64,000 bases of DNA from the NCBI RefSeq assembly GCF_009914755.1, contig NC_060938.1, one strand, 5' to 3'. The position numbers and the translations under genes are program-made. Below the pieces are notes generated by a model that saw only the letters and a list, made by a program, of their open reading frames with translations, had not been told where the DNA came from and made no database searches. Below, piece by piece: positions 34,075 to 53,276 of this stretch. Numbering within the stretch: the stretch's first letter is position 1; every line of letters starts with the position of its first letter. This stretch comes from the human T2T-CHM13v2.0 reference genome, Homo sapiens.

Positions 34075-34952
34075 TTGCTTTAAGGAGTGGTCTGCTGCCT
34101 ACTCCACATACAATTTTGACTGAGGAAGATGTAAAAACATGTTCTGGTCTTGGAGGCAGGAAACCTGGTTCTACAACTGACTAGTTATACAATCTCAAAC
34201 TGGTAACTGGACCTCCTTGGCCCTCAGTTTTCTCCTCTCTCAAATGAGATTTGTGTGAGGAGGGGAAGGGTTAGCACTGTGCTTGTCATATAGGAGTGTT
34301 TTACATGCACTGTCAAATAAATATTGCTGCCAATAGGAAGCATCAAGAAACTGCAAAAGCACATAGCACAAAGCCTGCCTCCAAAGGCTCCTCTAAGGCT
34401 CCTCATGGGGCCCACAGCAATTATGATCTTGGTCAGTGGAGTCACAGGAAGATTGCTTATTAATTTGTCTTTAAGGAATGGGTGATCTCTAGATGTGCCC
34501 AGCTCCTAAAATGTCACATTTCCACCTCCAAAGCCTTTTTGGTTCAAATAAAAATTAGTGACAGGAAAATGAAAATACACAGGATACCCGAATTTAAATA
34601 AAATCGAGTTGTATTACAGTTAGGGATCTCTCAGTTCCCCTCCTTCCCTGTTGGAGCATTCACTTCTCTGAGTGCCGTTTTTTTCCAAGTGTCAAGTGGC
34701 AGTAATCATTTCTCCTCCTAAGGACAGTGTGGAGGCTAAAAACAAGTTATGTGAAGGTTTCAGCTCAGGCTCTCAGTCCTAAAAAATAAGACTTATTATG
34801 AGAGGGTATAGACGAGGTGGTCTAGAACACAGGTTTTGAGGTAAGAGTTGGGTTAAAATCCTGGCTCTGCTGTCCACCAGCTCTGCCACCTAGGGCACGT
34901 TATTTAGCCTCTCTGAGCCTACCTCATGGGGTTTGTAAAGATTAAGCAGTGG

Positions 34953-35569
<617 letters not shown>

Positions 35570-37009
35570 GACTGAGCAGTAATGTATGTATGTAGGGCCT
35601 GGCACAGAGCAGGCATCCAACGTCCAATATTATAATGAGGTCCCCTTTGCCTTCTCTTGATCACATCACTCTTTCACCTTTTTAACCTCTTGTAAAGCTG
35701 AAACGGCTTAAAGTGGCACTTGATTATCCACTGCCTTGTGCTATGCTCTTGTTTTTTGTCTCATGTGCTTAACTCTGTCTTTTTTTCATAAGAAACAAGA
35801 CAGACCCTTAAAGGCACCATCTGGGACACATGCTTCCTTGATATTCCTTCCAGGGACTCAGGTTTGTGAATGCTCAATACATCTTTGCTGCCTTGAATTG
35901 CATCGGACTGATAGCTCTTTCCTCTCTGATTTCTCAAGGTTTCACCCAGATTGAGCTAGAACTCTTGGGGAAAATTGCAGCAGCCTGCCCCAGGTCCCCA
36001 GAGATCCAAGCTCTTGGCCTTGCTGAAAATGACAAATGGAGAAGCCAAATGGTCTGAGTGCCTCCATAGGCATCTGACAGCTAAGGAGAGGGGCCATGTA
36101 GCCTCTCCCATCCCCTCCCAGCCACCTGACCCGACAGCAGTGTCAGTGGCTTTGTGGGACAGCTGTGGCCTTGAACGGCACCAGAGCTTAAAAGGCTTGC
36201 ATTATTTACTTAGCTACTGTTTTAATGTCCAGTTCAGGTTCTACTGACGTCCCAATAGGTAATGGGGAGAAAATGTTAAACAAACATGAAAAAAGTGAGG
36301 AAGCTGTAGAGTAAGAACCTGGCTGTGGATTTTCAGCTTTTGTACTGTATTTAGTTTCTCCAGCTGAGCATAAGTCATCAAAAAGCAGAACTTTCCACCC
36401 TCCAATTCCTCAATTCGAATAGTTTACCACTAAAAGAGGGGCTAATTGACCCATTGAAGTAAAATAGTTGACCTTTGGTATAGGGCAGAACTGTGGGGTG
36501 GGCACACTAATTTGTATATAGTGAGTATAGTTTTACAATTCAAGGCTGTTTATGAGTATTGGGCTACTTTTTAGAATCCAAATCTTTTTTTCTTTTAGAG
36601 GTTAAGTCATTCATTTATTCATTTATTAAATATTTATTGAGCTAGAAGCTAGGTCCTGTGAATACAAAGTTTACCTGTTCATTGGGCAAACATCCATTGG
36701 ATACCCTACATACAGGCCCTGTAGCAGGGGCTGGGGGTACAGCTGTGAAGCAGAAAGAGGAATGGGCCCTCCCATCTCAGACCTGGTGAGGAATAAGAGG
36801 CACATGAATGGCCCCTTATAATATAGGGTGGAAAGTGCTCAGAGGGATCTCCTAGGGTGTTAAGAAAGTTCTTAGTAAGAACCCAGAGCTAGACTTGGGA
36901 GTTCAGGAGGAAGCAGCAACTAAGCTAAGGCTGACATAAGCAGAAACTGTCCAGGTGAGGAGGTAGATAGTAGAGAGGTGGGAGGGAGAGTTGTTCCAGG
37001 CAGAGGAGA

Positions 37010-37755
<746 letters not shown>

Positions 37756-37760
37756 TTATT

Positions 37761-37762
<2 letters not shown>

Positions 37763-37795
<33 letters not shown>
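37763..37795. repeat. (TG)n microsatellite
   Basis: Seen directly. Confidence 0.95.
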
Positions 37796-37798
<3 letters not shown>

Positions 37799-37819
37799 TG
37801 GGGATTAGTAGGCAGGGTT

Positions 37820-38450
37820 GGAGAGAGAAATGATAGGGAGTGCGGTGAGTTGAGGTCAGTCACAAAGGGGCTTTGTAAGCCATGTTCAATGTTGAAGAAT
37901 TTGAACTTTAGGGCGACATGGAAGAATTTTATTAGGATATGATAGGATTATATTGGCATTTTAGAAAGATCAGACTTTCATATGGAGACTTGGGATGGAG
38001 GGGGCAAGATTGGAGAACAGCGAAGAAGCTTTTGCTGTCATTAGGAGAGAGGCAATGGTGCCCTGAACAAGGAAGGGGCTGTAGGGATGAGGGAGGTGGG
38101 AACATTCAAGGCTTATGTAGGAAGTGAAATCAGTAGCTGAAGTGCAGGAGAAGAGGGGTGAAGGGTAGACCTCGTATTTGTGGGTTGAGCGACTGAGTGG
38201 AGGGTTCTGTTTACCTGCTCAGGCATGGCAGGAAGAGTAAGTTTAGGGGAAAGACAATGTGTTCAGTTTTGGACACGGTGAATTTCAGGGGTCTGTAGAA
38301 CACCCAAGGGGAGAAGTTCAGAAGGCATTTGCCTTGTTCAAGGCATTTGGCTATAAGAGTCTGGTGCTGGGGAGTGTGAGGTTGGTGATGTTGATTCGGG
38401 AGTCATGAGCATATAGGTGGTATTTGAAGTCCTAATGATGGAAAGTTGAA
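37820..38450 (-). mobile_element. L2 LINE fragment
   Basis: Purine-rich antisense L2 motifs (GTTCAGTTTTGGACAC, GGTGGTATTTGAAG). Confidence 0.6.
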
Positions 38451-38466
38451 TGAAACATTATCCCTG

Positions 38467-38768
38467 GGCCAGGCGTGGTGGCTCATGCCTGTAATCCCAG
38501 GATTTCGGGAGGCCAAGGCAGAAGGACTGCTTGAGCCCAGGAGTTCAGGACCAGCCTGGGTAAGATGGTGAGACCCTGTCTCTACCAAAATTTTTTAGAA
38601 ATTAACTGGATGTGGTGGCACGTACATGTGGCTATTTAGGAAGCTGAAGCGGGAGGATCCTTTGAGCCCAGGAGTTTGAAGTGCCAGTGAGGTATAATTG
38701 TATCACTCTACTCCAGCCTGGCCAACAGAGCGAGACCTTGTCTCAAAAAAATAAAAATAAAAAATAAA
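38467..38768 (+). mobile_element. Alu SINE (AluJ)
   Basis: Diverged dimer. Confidence 0.9.
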
Positions 38769-39191
38769 GTCCCTGCTCTCAAGTAGTTAAAAGTTTAGTG
38801 TGGGGTGGGGGCTAGGCATGCAAGGAACAATTGGATTTCAAGGTGAACTGTATAACACAGAGGTATGTACAGGGCTCAGTGGTGACACAAGGCCTGGGAG
38901 GGTCAGAGAAAGCTTTAGAGAAGAGGGGCTGAAACTGAGTAAGAGCTTGGCAGGTGGACTGGGGAAGGCCAGTCTATGTGGAGGGCAGAGCAAGTGCAAA
39001 GGCATGGAGATGCCAAAGCAGCACTGCCCAGCCAAGAAGTTCTGTTTTCTGGAGCATTTCAGTGTGCTCATCTAAGGAAGAGGCAGCAGAAGCACTTGAG
39101 ATCTTTGAGGAAACACTTGTCCATCAACATCTGTGTAGTGCGTGTTGAATACCCATGGCCTAGCTTTACACAGATGAAGGGTTTGTGATAA

Positions 39192-39542
<351 letters not shown>

Positions 39543-40533
39543 TAAATAAATAAATAAAATAAAAATAAACATTTAAAAAGTCATTTTTAATCATTTTTTC
39601 AAACACATAAAAATGTAGAAAAAATAACACAATAAATCCATGTGTATTTATCACCCAGGTTCAATAATTTCTAATGTTTTGCCAATATTTGTTCATTAAT
39701 TCATTTCTCCCTTTTTGGAAGGCTGGAGAATTAATTTAACTTTATATTACGGAGGCAGTAGACAGAAGAGTATAATGAACCCTCATCTACTCATTACCTA
39801 GTCCCAAGAAATATTGACCCAAGGCCATTCCTTCCCTATCCATGTCCCATCTGCTTAATCCCCTCCCATATTACTTTGAAGCAAACTCATGACACCATAT
39901 CATTTCACCTGGAAATATGTTAAAGAATGTATCTCTAAAGATAAGGACTTTAAAAATACCACTGTAATATCATTGTCACCTGCAACAAGATGAACACTAA
40001 TTTATCAGGTGGTGTTTTGAAAACTCAGGGGAGGTGTTTGGTAAAGCCACAAAATCCTGAGATCTTGCATAAATGTGTTTCAGGAAGCAATTATGGATGT
40101 CCAGGTTGGTATAGACCCGATGTCTTCAACAAGACTACACTGCATAAGCCAGGGTGACGGGGTGGAGAAGGAGCCAGAGTGAATTAGGGACAAGTAGGGT
40201 TGTGGTGTAGGAGGCTGGGTCAGAGTTTTAGCAGCCAAGAGAAGGGGGTGCAGGGTGCACAGGGAGCTTCCTCAGCCCCACTCAGTGCTCCAGCAGGCAG
40301 GAGGCAGTCGTCCAAAGGAGATAAAGTGAAGAAGGGATGGAGCAGGAAGGAGAGAGAGGTGTAAGGAGGAGGAGGTGTATGCAGAGAGAGGAGCTGATAT
40401 TGAGGAAGAAAATGAGGAGGAGGAGAGCAAAAATAAATAACGACTGAGCACCTATGACCCACCAGATGTCAGGGGCACTACTTCTGCCCCCCTCCAGATT
40501 TCCAGGAGTGGGGCTCACCCCAAACAAGCTTGA

Positions 40534-40952
<419 letters not shown>

Positions 40953-41129
40953 TATAACTGCTTTTATAAGGAAGGAGGGCTATGTGTCTTTAGCAGAAGA
41001 GGGGCAGGGTTCCAGCCCATGCCTTGAGAGCAACCTCCACCAGGGCCTTGGCAGAGCCAGGGTGACATCCACCAAAGCAAAGGAGGAGGAAGGCAGCAGA
41101 AATGAAGGGGGTGGTCCTCTCACTGGAGG

Positions 41130-41880
41130 GGTGCAGCGAGGCAGCAGTCTCCCCGGAGGGGCTGGTGGCAAGCGCACCCCCAGCGCCCTCCAGCTTTATT
41201 TTTGGCAGGGCAGGAAATGTGTGTGTGTCTGTGGGTGACCTGGGGAGGAGGGGAGGGGGGGTAAGAGGGTCCCTGGATTTTGGTAAATCTGCGGGGGTTG
41301 TGGGGGGTTTCCGGAGCCCCCGGGGTAGGGGTAGGGATGGGGGCAGCCCCGGGCAGTGCTGAGCGCAGCTGTTGCGGGTACGGTCATGTCCAACTCCTTC
41401 CCAGCTGGAAACGCTGCGGCGGGTGGTATCACCAGTGGACAGGCGAACTTCAGGCCAGAGAGTGCCTTCCTCCAGGGCTTTAGGGGAAAAGGGCGACGAG
41501 GCCGTGGTGGTCGGCGCCCTGAATACCCCGAGGGGCCAGGGCCCCTTTTTCTACATGAAGACCTGGGCCCGTTCCCTCCCGGGTTCTTCCACTCCCATCT
41601 CAGCCAAGTGCTGATCTAATAACTCAGTGGAAGCGCCCAGAGAAGAACAGGGTCGCCGTGGTTAGAGACGCTGTTCCCCTCCGCGCCTGACTCCGCAGTT
41701 ACTTTGTTACTTAACCGCCCTTCTGCTCATTTGACAAGCCCTGAGCGCACATTTGCAGAGCTTCCTTCCGGGACTTCGTGGCACGGATTGCAAGAGGCCC
41801 CTACTCTGGCAAGGACTTGACTCAGGGAAATTCTTTCTGTCCTTTCTTACTAGAAAAGGCATAAATTGGAGGTGAGCCTC
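41130..41880. promoter_or_regulatory. CpG-enriched promoter/enhancer-like element
   Basis: Unique GC-rich DNA with many CpGs; G4-like tracts 41241-41343; weak X-box-like GTCGCCGTGGTTAG 41652-41665; ETS CTTCCGG ~41765; donor-like GAG|GTGAGC ~41872. Confidence 0.55.
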
Positions 41881-42517
41881 CTTGATTAGAATGGGCACAA
41901 TGGCTGGTGGCCACGAGACCCAGAAGAGGTCACTGGTGGTGTTGCTTCCCAGACAGCCAGCCAATGTTGGTGAGACTACAGTGAAAAGAGGCAGATTGAA
42001 CTAACCAGACCTGGGACTTGTCTTCATCTGCAAACGGTAGTAACAGCGGTTAACCCCCTGAGCGCTTCTGACATGCTGAACGCTGTTCCAAGCCCTGCTC
42101 TAATGCATCGAAGGCATGTTCTAAACATGCATTATCTAATAACGCTATTCCCGAGTTTACAGATGAAGAATCACAGCCACTAAGAGATGACATCACTTGG
42201 TGAAGGTCACATAGCTTCTGGGGCCAGGGTTCTGTTTTGCCTTTGTGAAGAACAGTGAACATGCTCTGCACTTTTCTAAAGTAGAAAAATGAGCTGATGT
42301 CAGGGATTCTTTCAAGAAGGCAAATTTCAGAGCTGTTGCTGAGATCACGACCCATTCAGCAAAGTGTCCCAAACGCTGAATGCACTTCTGAGTCTCTGGT
42401 TTCACTTTGCAGCACTCGGCATAACTGATGCTCCCAATAATGACCTTCAACCACCAAGGAAACGTTCATTTATATTTTGCAAGCTCTGTTTAATGGATGA
42501 AGGAGTAACAAGTTTTA

Positions 42518-42893
<376 letters not shown>

Positions 42894-43558
42894 TTAACCC
42901 TGTCTTTGTAAAGCTTGGCTACCCTGGTAACTCATGCCAGGGACACTTAGCTTTAAAATTGTCCCCTCTGGAGGGGCTTTGCTCTTATGCCACAAGTATT
43001 GCTGCTGCGTCTGCGAAACAGGAAGGAGCAGCATCTCCCCATTATTTCCCTGACGAGTACCCCTAGAAGATGGTGGAGTCCACGTGGTCAAGTTCTCTTT
43101 CTTCCACTGGCCTAAGTCTGAAATTCCCCAAACACCTGGAGCCTTGCAATGCTGGGCAGCCGGCAGTTTCCCCAGCAGTTGCCCTGGCATCTTGCCCCCT
43201 TTACACAAAGCAATCACTGTTGCAGAAAATGAGGGTCCTGTGATCATTTGGCTCCACCCCCCTGCCTGGCATTTGCGTGGGAGAAGGGACTTTCTTTCTT
43301 TTTGACAATAGATTCTGATCACAAACCAGGCCCCTTTCAGAGAAACAGCTCCCATGGAATGACTCTGCCTAGAGGTAAGAACTGAGGGGCACAACAGAAG
43401 TGATTTCTCGCTCCCCACCCTCATGGCCATCAATGCTCAGTCAGGCCCCTATCCTTGAATTTGTTTCAAACGGTGGCATATCTGGTCCCTGGCCAGTGGG
43501 ACAGGCACCCTGTAGTTAGTGGTCTAGATTTTCAGCCTTACCTCAAAATGCAGGTGCA

Positions 43559-43859
43559 GGCCAGGTGCGGTGGCTCCAGCCTGTACTCTCAGCACTTTGG
43601 GAGGCCAAGGCAGGTAGACCACCTGAGGTTGGGAGTTTGAGACCAGCCTGGCCAATGTGGCGAAATCCTGTTTCTACTAAAAATACAAAAATTAGCTGGG
43701 CATGGTGGCATGTGCCTATAATTCCAGCTACTCAGAAGGCTGAGGCAGGAGAATCACTTGAACTCAGGAGGTGGAGGTTGCAGTGAGCCAAGATTGTGCC
43801 ATTGCACTCCAGCCTGGGTGACAAAGTGAGACTCTGTCTCAAAAAAAAAAAAAAAAAAA
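43559..43859 (+). mobile_element. Alu SINE (AluS)
   Basis: Full dimer. Confidence 0.95.
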
Positions 43860-43884
43860 GTAGGTGTAGTGATCCTTTCTTACA

Positions 43885-45920
<2,036 letters not shown>

Positions 45921-47224
45921 TTTTTTCCTTCTTGATGGGCACATCTTAATATTTCCAAAGCATTTCTACATCTGGTTTCTTTTATCATATCATTGTTGGA
46001 TGGGGGAAGAAGAAACCATGACATATGAAGGTTGAACTGGTTGTCTCAGGTCACATGATCAGCTGGATCATGATTAGAACTACTTTGGGCTTTGCTGGAC
46101 CATACCACCTTTCCTAGAGTTGCTGTTTTCTTGGTGGGTCTGGGCTGCAAAGCCAGCTGTTGCAGAGAATGTCTGGTGAAAGGAGAAGGTGAAGTACGGC
46201 TGGGAAGCTCTGTCTTTTTTGGTCAGGCAGAATTGTCAGATGTCAGTGGGAAGGAAGCTTAGAGATCTCATGGTTCAACTCACTTTCCTTATGGATGGGG
46301 AAACTGAAGCCTAGAGAGGTGATGTACCTTGTCCAAGATGAACTAGTTGGTTAGAGCCATGGGTGGGAATAGGATTCAGAACTCTGTGCTCCCATATCTG
46401 TGCTCTTCCCACCACACTGCATGGGCTACAAGGTCAAGGGGTTGCAGGTTTGGAGAGAAAGACCCTTTGAAATTGTTTCTACAGGGCCGGGAGAATTTGC
46501 CATCATTCCCTAAATAGAGAGGTTCTTTCATACCTTAAGCATTCTGAAGTGGTCAGAGAGCTAATTAAGAAATGCCTGATGGGTCTGGAAATTTGCTTCC
46601 CACATGTTGCAACAGTAATGATCTCATCTAAAAGTGGCGACTTGAGGGATGTTGTGAATTCCAGAGCTGCCGTTTTTAAGCGTGTCATGTCCTCTCTTAA
46701 TTGTCACCCTCTAGCATCTGCAAAGCTGAGGATAGTAGTGTCTATCCTGTTCAGGTCATGGAGTTATTTTAAGGCTCCTTGCTTAACTGTAAGACAGGAA
46801 TCAAAGCTTTTTTTTCTTTTCTTTCTTCCTTCTAACTGCTGGTTTCCTAACCTCCAGCATAGTACATAGAACACAGTAGGAATTCAATAAATATTTATTG
46901 GATGAATGAATAAAGAATCATATGAGGTCCTTCAGTTAAAAGTACACTGTCATCTCTAAAGCACTATACAGATGTAAGGGACTGCTAATGACATTAACTA
47001 ACACTCTGAATTAGGGCGAGTTGGTTACCCTCTGTGGACTTCAGTGTCCTATCTGCCATACGAGATGCTCCAGGCTCATCTTGCATTTTGGATTAAAGCT
47101 GATGATTTCTAAGGTCTCTTTCAGATCTGTAATTCTGTAATTGCAGTGATACTTATTATCAAGAGTATTTGTGAGAATTTTCAGATTGGTTTAGGATATG
47201 AAAGTATCACATGCCATCATGGAC

Positions 47225-47432
47225 TACAGCAGAGATAACATCCTTTGCATGTGTGATTTCTAGTTGATTGGTAGTGGCTGCCTGGAATGCAATGTTGAGA
47301 AAGACTCTGAGGGTCAGCAGAATAGTGATGATTAGTGATTAGTGATGATTAGAATGATTGATTCACGATGTCTGTCAGGAACACGGAATATCAGGTAGTT
47401 GCAAGCATGCCAAATATCTGCCATCTCCAACC
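47225..47432. mobile_element. Ancient hAT-type DNA transposon (MER112-like)
   Basis: GATTGGTAGTGGCTGCCTGG...GTTGAGAAAGACTCTGAGG...AAATATCTGCCATCTC; family call from recollection. Confidence 0.45.
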
Positions 47433-49474
47433 TAGATGCCTAAAACAGCGTTGCCCTGGAATTTCTGGCAGGAATGTTACTATTATTATTTTCTTGATTT
47501 TGCATAATAATGGAGAGAGATTGCTTGGATGAAGCCAGGGTTTCCTAGAGGTAAACAAAGAGCCCTATAGACTTGTAGTAAGACTTGCCACCGTTCTGCC
47601 TTTGATTGCCTCTCTCCTATTTTTTAATTTATCAGGCAAATAAAGATGAACATGTTCAACTGATTGATGAGAAGCACATCCAGGCCCAGGATTCTTTCTA
47701 CTACTCTGGGACTCAAGCAGATACATGGCTTCTGTTCTTGAGGAAATTGAGAATGTAGAAGGATGCAAACATTCTAGACATAAACACGAACCCACTCACC
47801 CAAAAAGTACATGATGAACACCTACAGTATGCTAGGCAGGCCCAGGTAAATGGCTTGGCCCTGAAGACATAGGTGATATTTTCAGGATAAAGGTCTTCTC
47901 CCTTTCTCTTGTTTCCTTAACACTAGTTAAGTGTTAAGGAACCATTGACTGATCAGTATGTGTGGGTCCATGAGCTTTCTGAATATAACCATTATTTTCC
48001 CCAGTCTACCCAAGTGATAAGGAAATAGTAAGTTTCAGGTCTGATTCCCAGAATTCTTGATGGAAATATACAAACGAATCTCCTAAATCTCTTGTTGCAC
48101 ATGGGGAAAGCCAGCCAGCCGAGGAGAGACCTTCATGGGCCATTAGGTACCATCCTGTTTCTCAATGTACTTTTAAAACCCAAGGAGGCCATGAATGTGA
48201 GGATGTTCTCATTCATTCCTGCTTACCCAGATATGTGGAGAGACCTCTGCGTCTTGGTTTGGGGGTCATGTGTATTGTTCCCCCATGCCATTTCTTCATG
48301 ACCGGCCAGAAATGTATCACAAATGGAGGACTGACATGACAACCCCTGCCATTCTTCTTCTAGTGGGTCCTCCTTTGCCCTAGTGACACGGGCTTCCATT
48401 TACCTTCCCTCAGGACTGGTCTTTCTCCACTGTCCAGGCAGTTTCTGAAGAGACAGCACTACCTAACCGAGTGATTACTTCAGGACTTGAAATAGCTTTT
48501 TTCCTGTCCCAGATATGACACAGTCACTTCCTCAGTAGAGCCATCACTCCAAGAGGAACAGGACGTCCTTGTAACGGAGCCAGGAAGGTCACATGATCAG
48601 ACAGCCGGGGGCCTCCTGGGACCTCGTTTCCCCTTAAGCTGTTGGCAAGGACTTGTCTATGAAAGTCTGTCTATGAGAGGCCCTGGCAAGCCATCCCGAA
48701 CCTACCCTCCTATAGGGTTTCAGTCCAAAGCAATTTCTGCAGGGAATAAACTTTTGATGAATGAATGACAAGCAGGGTGATTGGGGAGGATTTCTGTGGA
48801 ATATCTTTGGTGATCACATAGAAATAAACCCAGCATGCACAGGCTTCCACATTAGGAGGTCAGGGGATCCCCATGATCCTGTTATCTTTGTCTTCAGTGG
48901 CACCCTTAAAGGAGGCCATAAAGTTTGGACAAGTAGCCCAATTTGCTGATTGGGGAATCCCTTGGCATAGTCTGGAGCCAGCTAGAGTAGAGAGTGAGAA
49001 ACAGGGAGGAAAGATTTTCCCTAGAATTCAGGATCAGGCAAAAGAGAAAGATATTTATGAAGGCTGAAGCTCAGCCACAGCACCAGCTCCAGACCCCCAG
49101 ACCTCACAGACTCATGGTCAAGTTTTACTGGGAAGTGACTGAGCACTACAGGGGAAAATATGATTTAGGCATTTATGCAGAAGCAGGGTTTGGGGAGCTG
49201 AGAAAAGTCTTCAAGAGGCCTAAAGAAGGGGAAAATTAGCTGAGTCAGAAGCCAACAAGAGGAACCTGAAGGAGAGGAACTTGGTATGTAGAGTCAGAGG
49301 CAGCCTCATGTTGGGAGAGAGAGTTGAGTGTTTTTAAAATCTTTAATGTCTGGTGCCAAGAAAGTCTTTAGGAGACATAAAGCAATTCTATATTTATTTA
49401 GTGAAACCTTCCAGTCAACTAAGAGTCACCTTTGGGATGAATGGGAGAATCCCTTTTAAATTAAATTAATTCAG

Positions 49475-49885
<411 letters not shown>

Positions 49886-50024
49886 TAGCAGATAAACCCA
49901 AAGGCTCCAGGGCCTTTGATCTATGGAAGAATTGAAGCTGGTCATCACACAGGTGAGGTTGCACAACTTCAGTTTATGTCTGGGACATGGAGAAAGCTAC
50001 CTGGCCAAATGGTGGACATCAGGG

Positions 50025-50545
50025 TTGCATTGGTTAGAGTGCACATTTGTAGGCAATAGAATTCATTCTAGCAAGTTTAAGAAGGGGTTTATTTGGGGAT
50101 ATTGGGAAGATCACAGAATTGTCAGAAGGGCTGAAGGAACAAGCTCTAAGCTGAAATTCCATGAACACTTCCTAGAGACACACTGCAGGATTGGGTCGGT
50201 AAGAAGCTGTTACCACTGCCAACCATGAACCATGGTTGTCTCTGCTGCAGGCAAAGAGCTGCCACTGCCACCTCCAGCCCCAGAAACCTGCTGTACCTGC
50301 TGCCATCTGGGCCTGCACCCCTTCTGTTTCCTCATGTAGCTCACTTCCAAATCAAAGTCTCATGTGGGTGCATCTAAGTGGCAAAACCTAAGCCATGTGT
50401 CTGTACCCAGCAGCAAGCAAAGCTGAGAAATGTCTACACCCACACATCTATGCAGAGAGACACAAATTCAATGTGAATATCCTTAAAATGTGGAGAGATT
50501 ATGCAAAAGCTTTTGGAAGTCAAGAATGACAGATATCTACTACAA
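50025..50545. mobile_element. Ancient MLT1-type LTR
   Basis: GCAATAGAATTCATTCTAGC...GATCACAGAATTG...GCATCTAAGTGGCAAAACCTAAGCCATGTG. Confidence 0.5.
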
Positions 50546-51276
50546 GAAGTCTGTGAACTATGGCCTGAGATGCTCAGGAAAAGGTGATCTGTTGAAAGTG
50601 CCCCACTGTGTGGGTGAAGTGATAGAGTCCCTGGTGGACTTCCCTCAATAGCATTAAGCTCAGTTCATCTTGGGCAAAATAGAGAAGTAAGAAATGCTTG
50701 TGTTCTAGGTTCTTCAATCAACCAAGTAAAACTGTTTTTACCATTTATTTATTTTTAAGATTCTTTCAAAAAGATTTGAGTCAACCATGGTATTGTTTTG
50801 CATATTACAGTACTAGTCAATTCTGGGCATCATGAAAGACACAAACAGTTACACACATGGCTTTTGATCTGAATGGGGAGCCAGGAAACACACTAATGCC
50901 ATCGTTATAAACATACCAAATCCTATATAATGAGCACCAAACGAATGGCATGGATAAGTGATCACGTTGCTCAGAGGAGAGCTGTGGTTTGGGGTAGTTA
51001 GGATGGCTTTTTGGAGGAGGCAGGACCAGAGGTGGGTCTTGAACAATGAGTAGGATTTAGACAGACAGTGAAGAGGAAAAAGCAGTCCTAGGGGATAGAA
51101 ATGAGGTGAGCGAAGCCTGGAGCGGATGGAGGGTGTGGCTATCAACGAGCTCCATGGGGGTGGACAGTCAATTCTAAGTCTAGGAGAAGTACAGGATTTG
51201 AATAGAAGAATTATAGATGAAAACAACAAAAACTGGAGTTGAGACCATATTTTGGAGGATCTTGGTTGCCTCATGA

Positions 51277-52320
51277 ATTAGTCAGGACTGTTTTAGTTTC
51301 AAGTGATAAAAATCCAATTCAAATTTACTTAAGATAAAATGGAATTTATCATTTCATCTAATTAAAAAGCCCAAGGGCATGAGTATGACACATAGCTGGA
51401 TCCATGTTCTCAAAAGATGTCATCAGGGCTCAGTCTCTCTCCTTCTCTCAGCTCTGGCTCATCTGCATTGATTTCATTTCCCAGGAGGCTTTCTCCATGT
51501 GGTGGTCCCTGGCAACTCTAGGCTTACGTCACCTCAGTTCAGCCATCTCTTGCCAAATATTTCCAGAAGAATTCTCAGAATTCTTAGGACTGAGGCTGGT
51601 TGGTTGGCTCAGTCTGGGTCATGAACAACTATCCTCTAACCCTGCTGGAACTACAACCATGACCAGAGGGATGTGGGCTTTCTCACTGACCAGGTCTGGG
51701 ACGTGGCCCAAGAGGGCAAGTTCATCTCCACCCCAACCATATGGAGGAATGGCCACTGTAGCAGATGCTGCCAGTGCCCCATCCTTATCCCCTTGGTCCT
51801 TACCATTTCGGTGGATGCTGGTTTAATTTTCTACTGTTAACACCCTCATGTCTTTGCCTGAGGGCTTTCTCTCACCACCAGAGCCCACTCTGAACACATT
51901 CAAGAAAGGCCAGAAATGCCAGGGAGTTAACACTTCCTAAGAGCAGTCCTTGGCCAATGGCTGTTGGAGTTGGAGGATGAATACCCCATTTTTTTTTTGT
52001 CTCGGGTGAGATGACTCTGTGGCTCATGTTCTACAGTGTTTCTCAGAGTTCCCCAGTAGGATTAAGTTCCAGTTGCTCAGTGTGGTCACTTGAATGATGA
52101 TACACTCTGCATTGACTTCCTTCCTTCTCCATCTTACTTTCCTACTTGCCTACTGGTATTTCCCAGAACTTCCTCCCAAATAAATTCTCACACTTGAATC
52201 TGTCTAAAGGTCTGCTTTTGGGGAATCCAAATTAAGATATTCCCCAATGGAAGACCAGATGCTGTTGCCAAGATAAGGGAAAATGGATACTGGGTAGATA
52301 AGAACAATGGATGTCAGCCT
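51277..52320. mobile_element. MLT1 LTR containing a nested LTR16-like ERVL LTR (51757-52239)
   Basis: MLT1-like start TTAGTCAGGACT...TTTCAAGTGATAAAAATCCAATTCAAA resumes after TGTAGCAGATGCTG...GGGAATCCAAATTAAGATA. Confidence 0.65.
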
Positions 52321-52346
52321 CTCTTGGTTAAAAGATTTGGGAATTT

Positions 52347-52739
<393 letters not shown>

Positions 52740-53276
52740 CTACTCACTGTGGTGGTCACAGACCTGGTGCACAGCAGATGCTAAAAGTATTTGTTGTACT
52801 GAATTGAATTTTATAGTCAATGAAGAATCATTAAATAATTTTGTGAACTCAGAACTGGAAGAATGTGTTTTGTTTGTTCACCAAGATTCTGTAACCTGGT
52901 GGCAGTGTGGAGGATACATTGGGGAAAGGGAAGATAGAGAGACTCATTCAGAGGCGATCACAGTAGTTTGGGCTTGAGATGATAAGAGTCGGGACCAGGT
53001 AGTGGATGCAGGAGTGTGAAGAAAAGGTCAGAGGGGTGAGACTGGGCATCGGTGGAATATGGGCAGGAGATGAGACCATGGCTTAGTAAGGAGAATGATA
53101 ATTTCTTCAGGAGTTGCTCATCTGGCCAGGACATAGCATAGTTGCCCAGTTTCCTATTGTTAGGGGATTTATAGAATTTCTACCATAGTTCTTCTTCTGA
53201 GGAGAGTGTGTGTGTATGTTGGCAGGGGGTGATAGCTGGAAAAGGAGTTATCTAAGGGCAAAAATTTATTAAGGTC

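Noticed and set aside
41425-41446. REST/RE1 site (ATCACCAGTGGACAGGCG)
   Set aside because: The left half-site and spacing deviate from TCAGCACCnnGGACAG; too weak to call.
42894-43433. 179-aa minus-strand ORF
   Set aside because: No recognisable homology or coding-like composition; probably a chance ORF.
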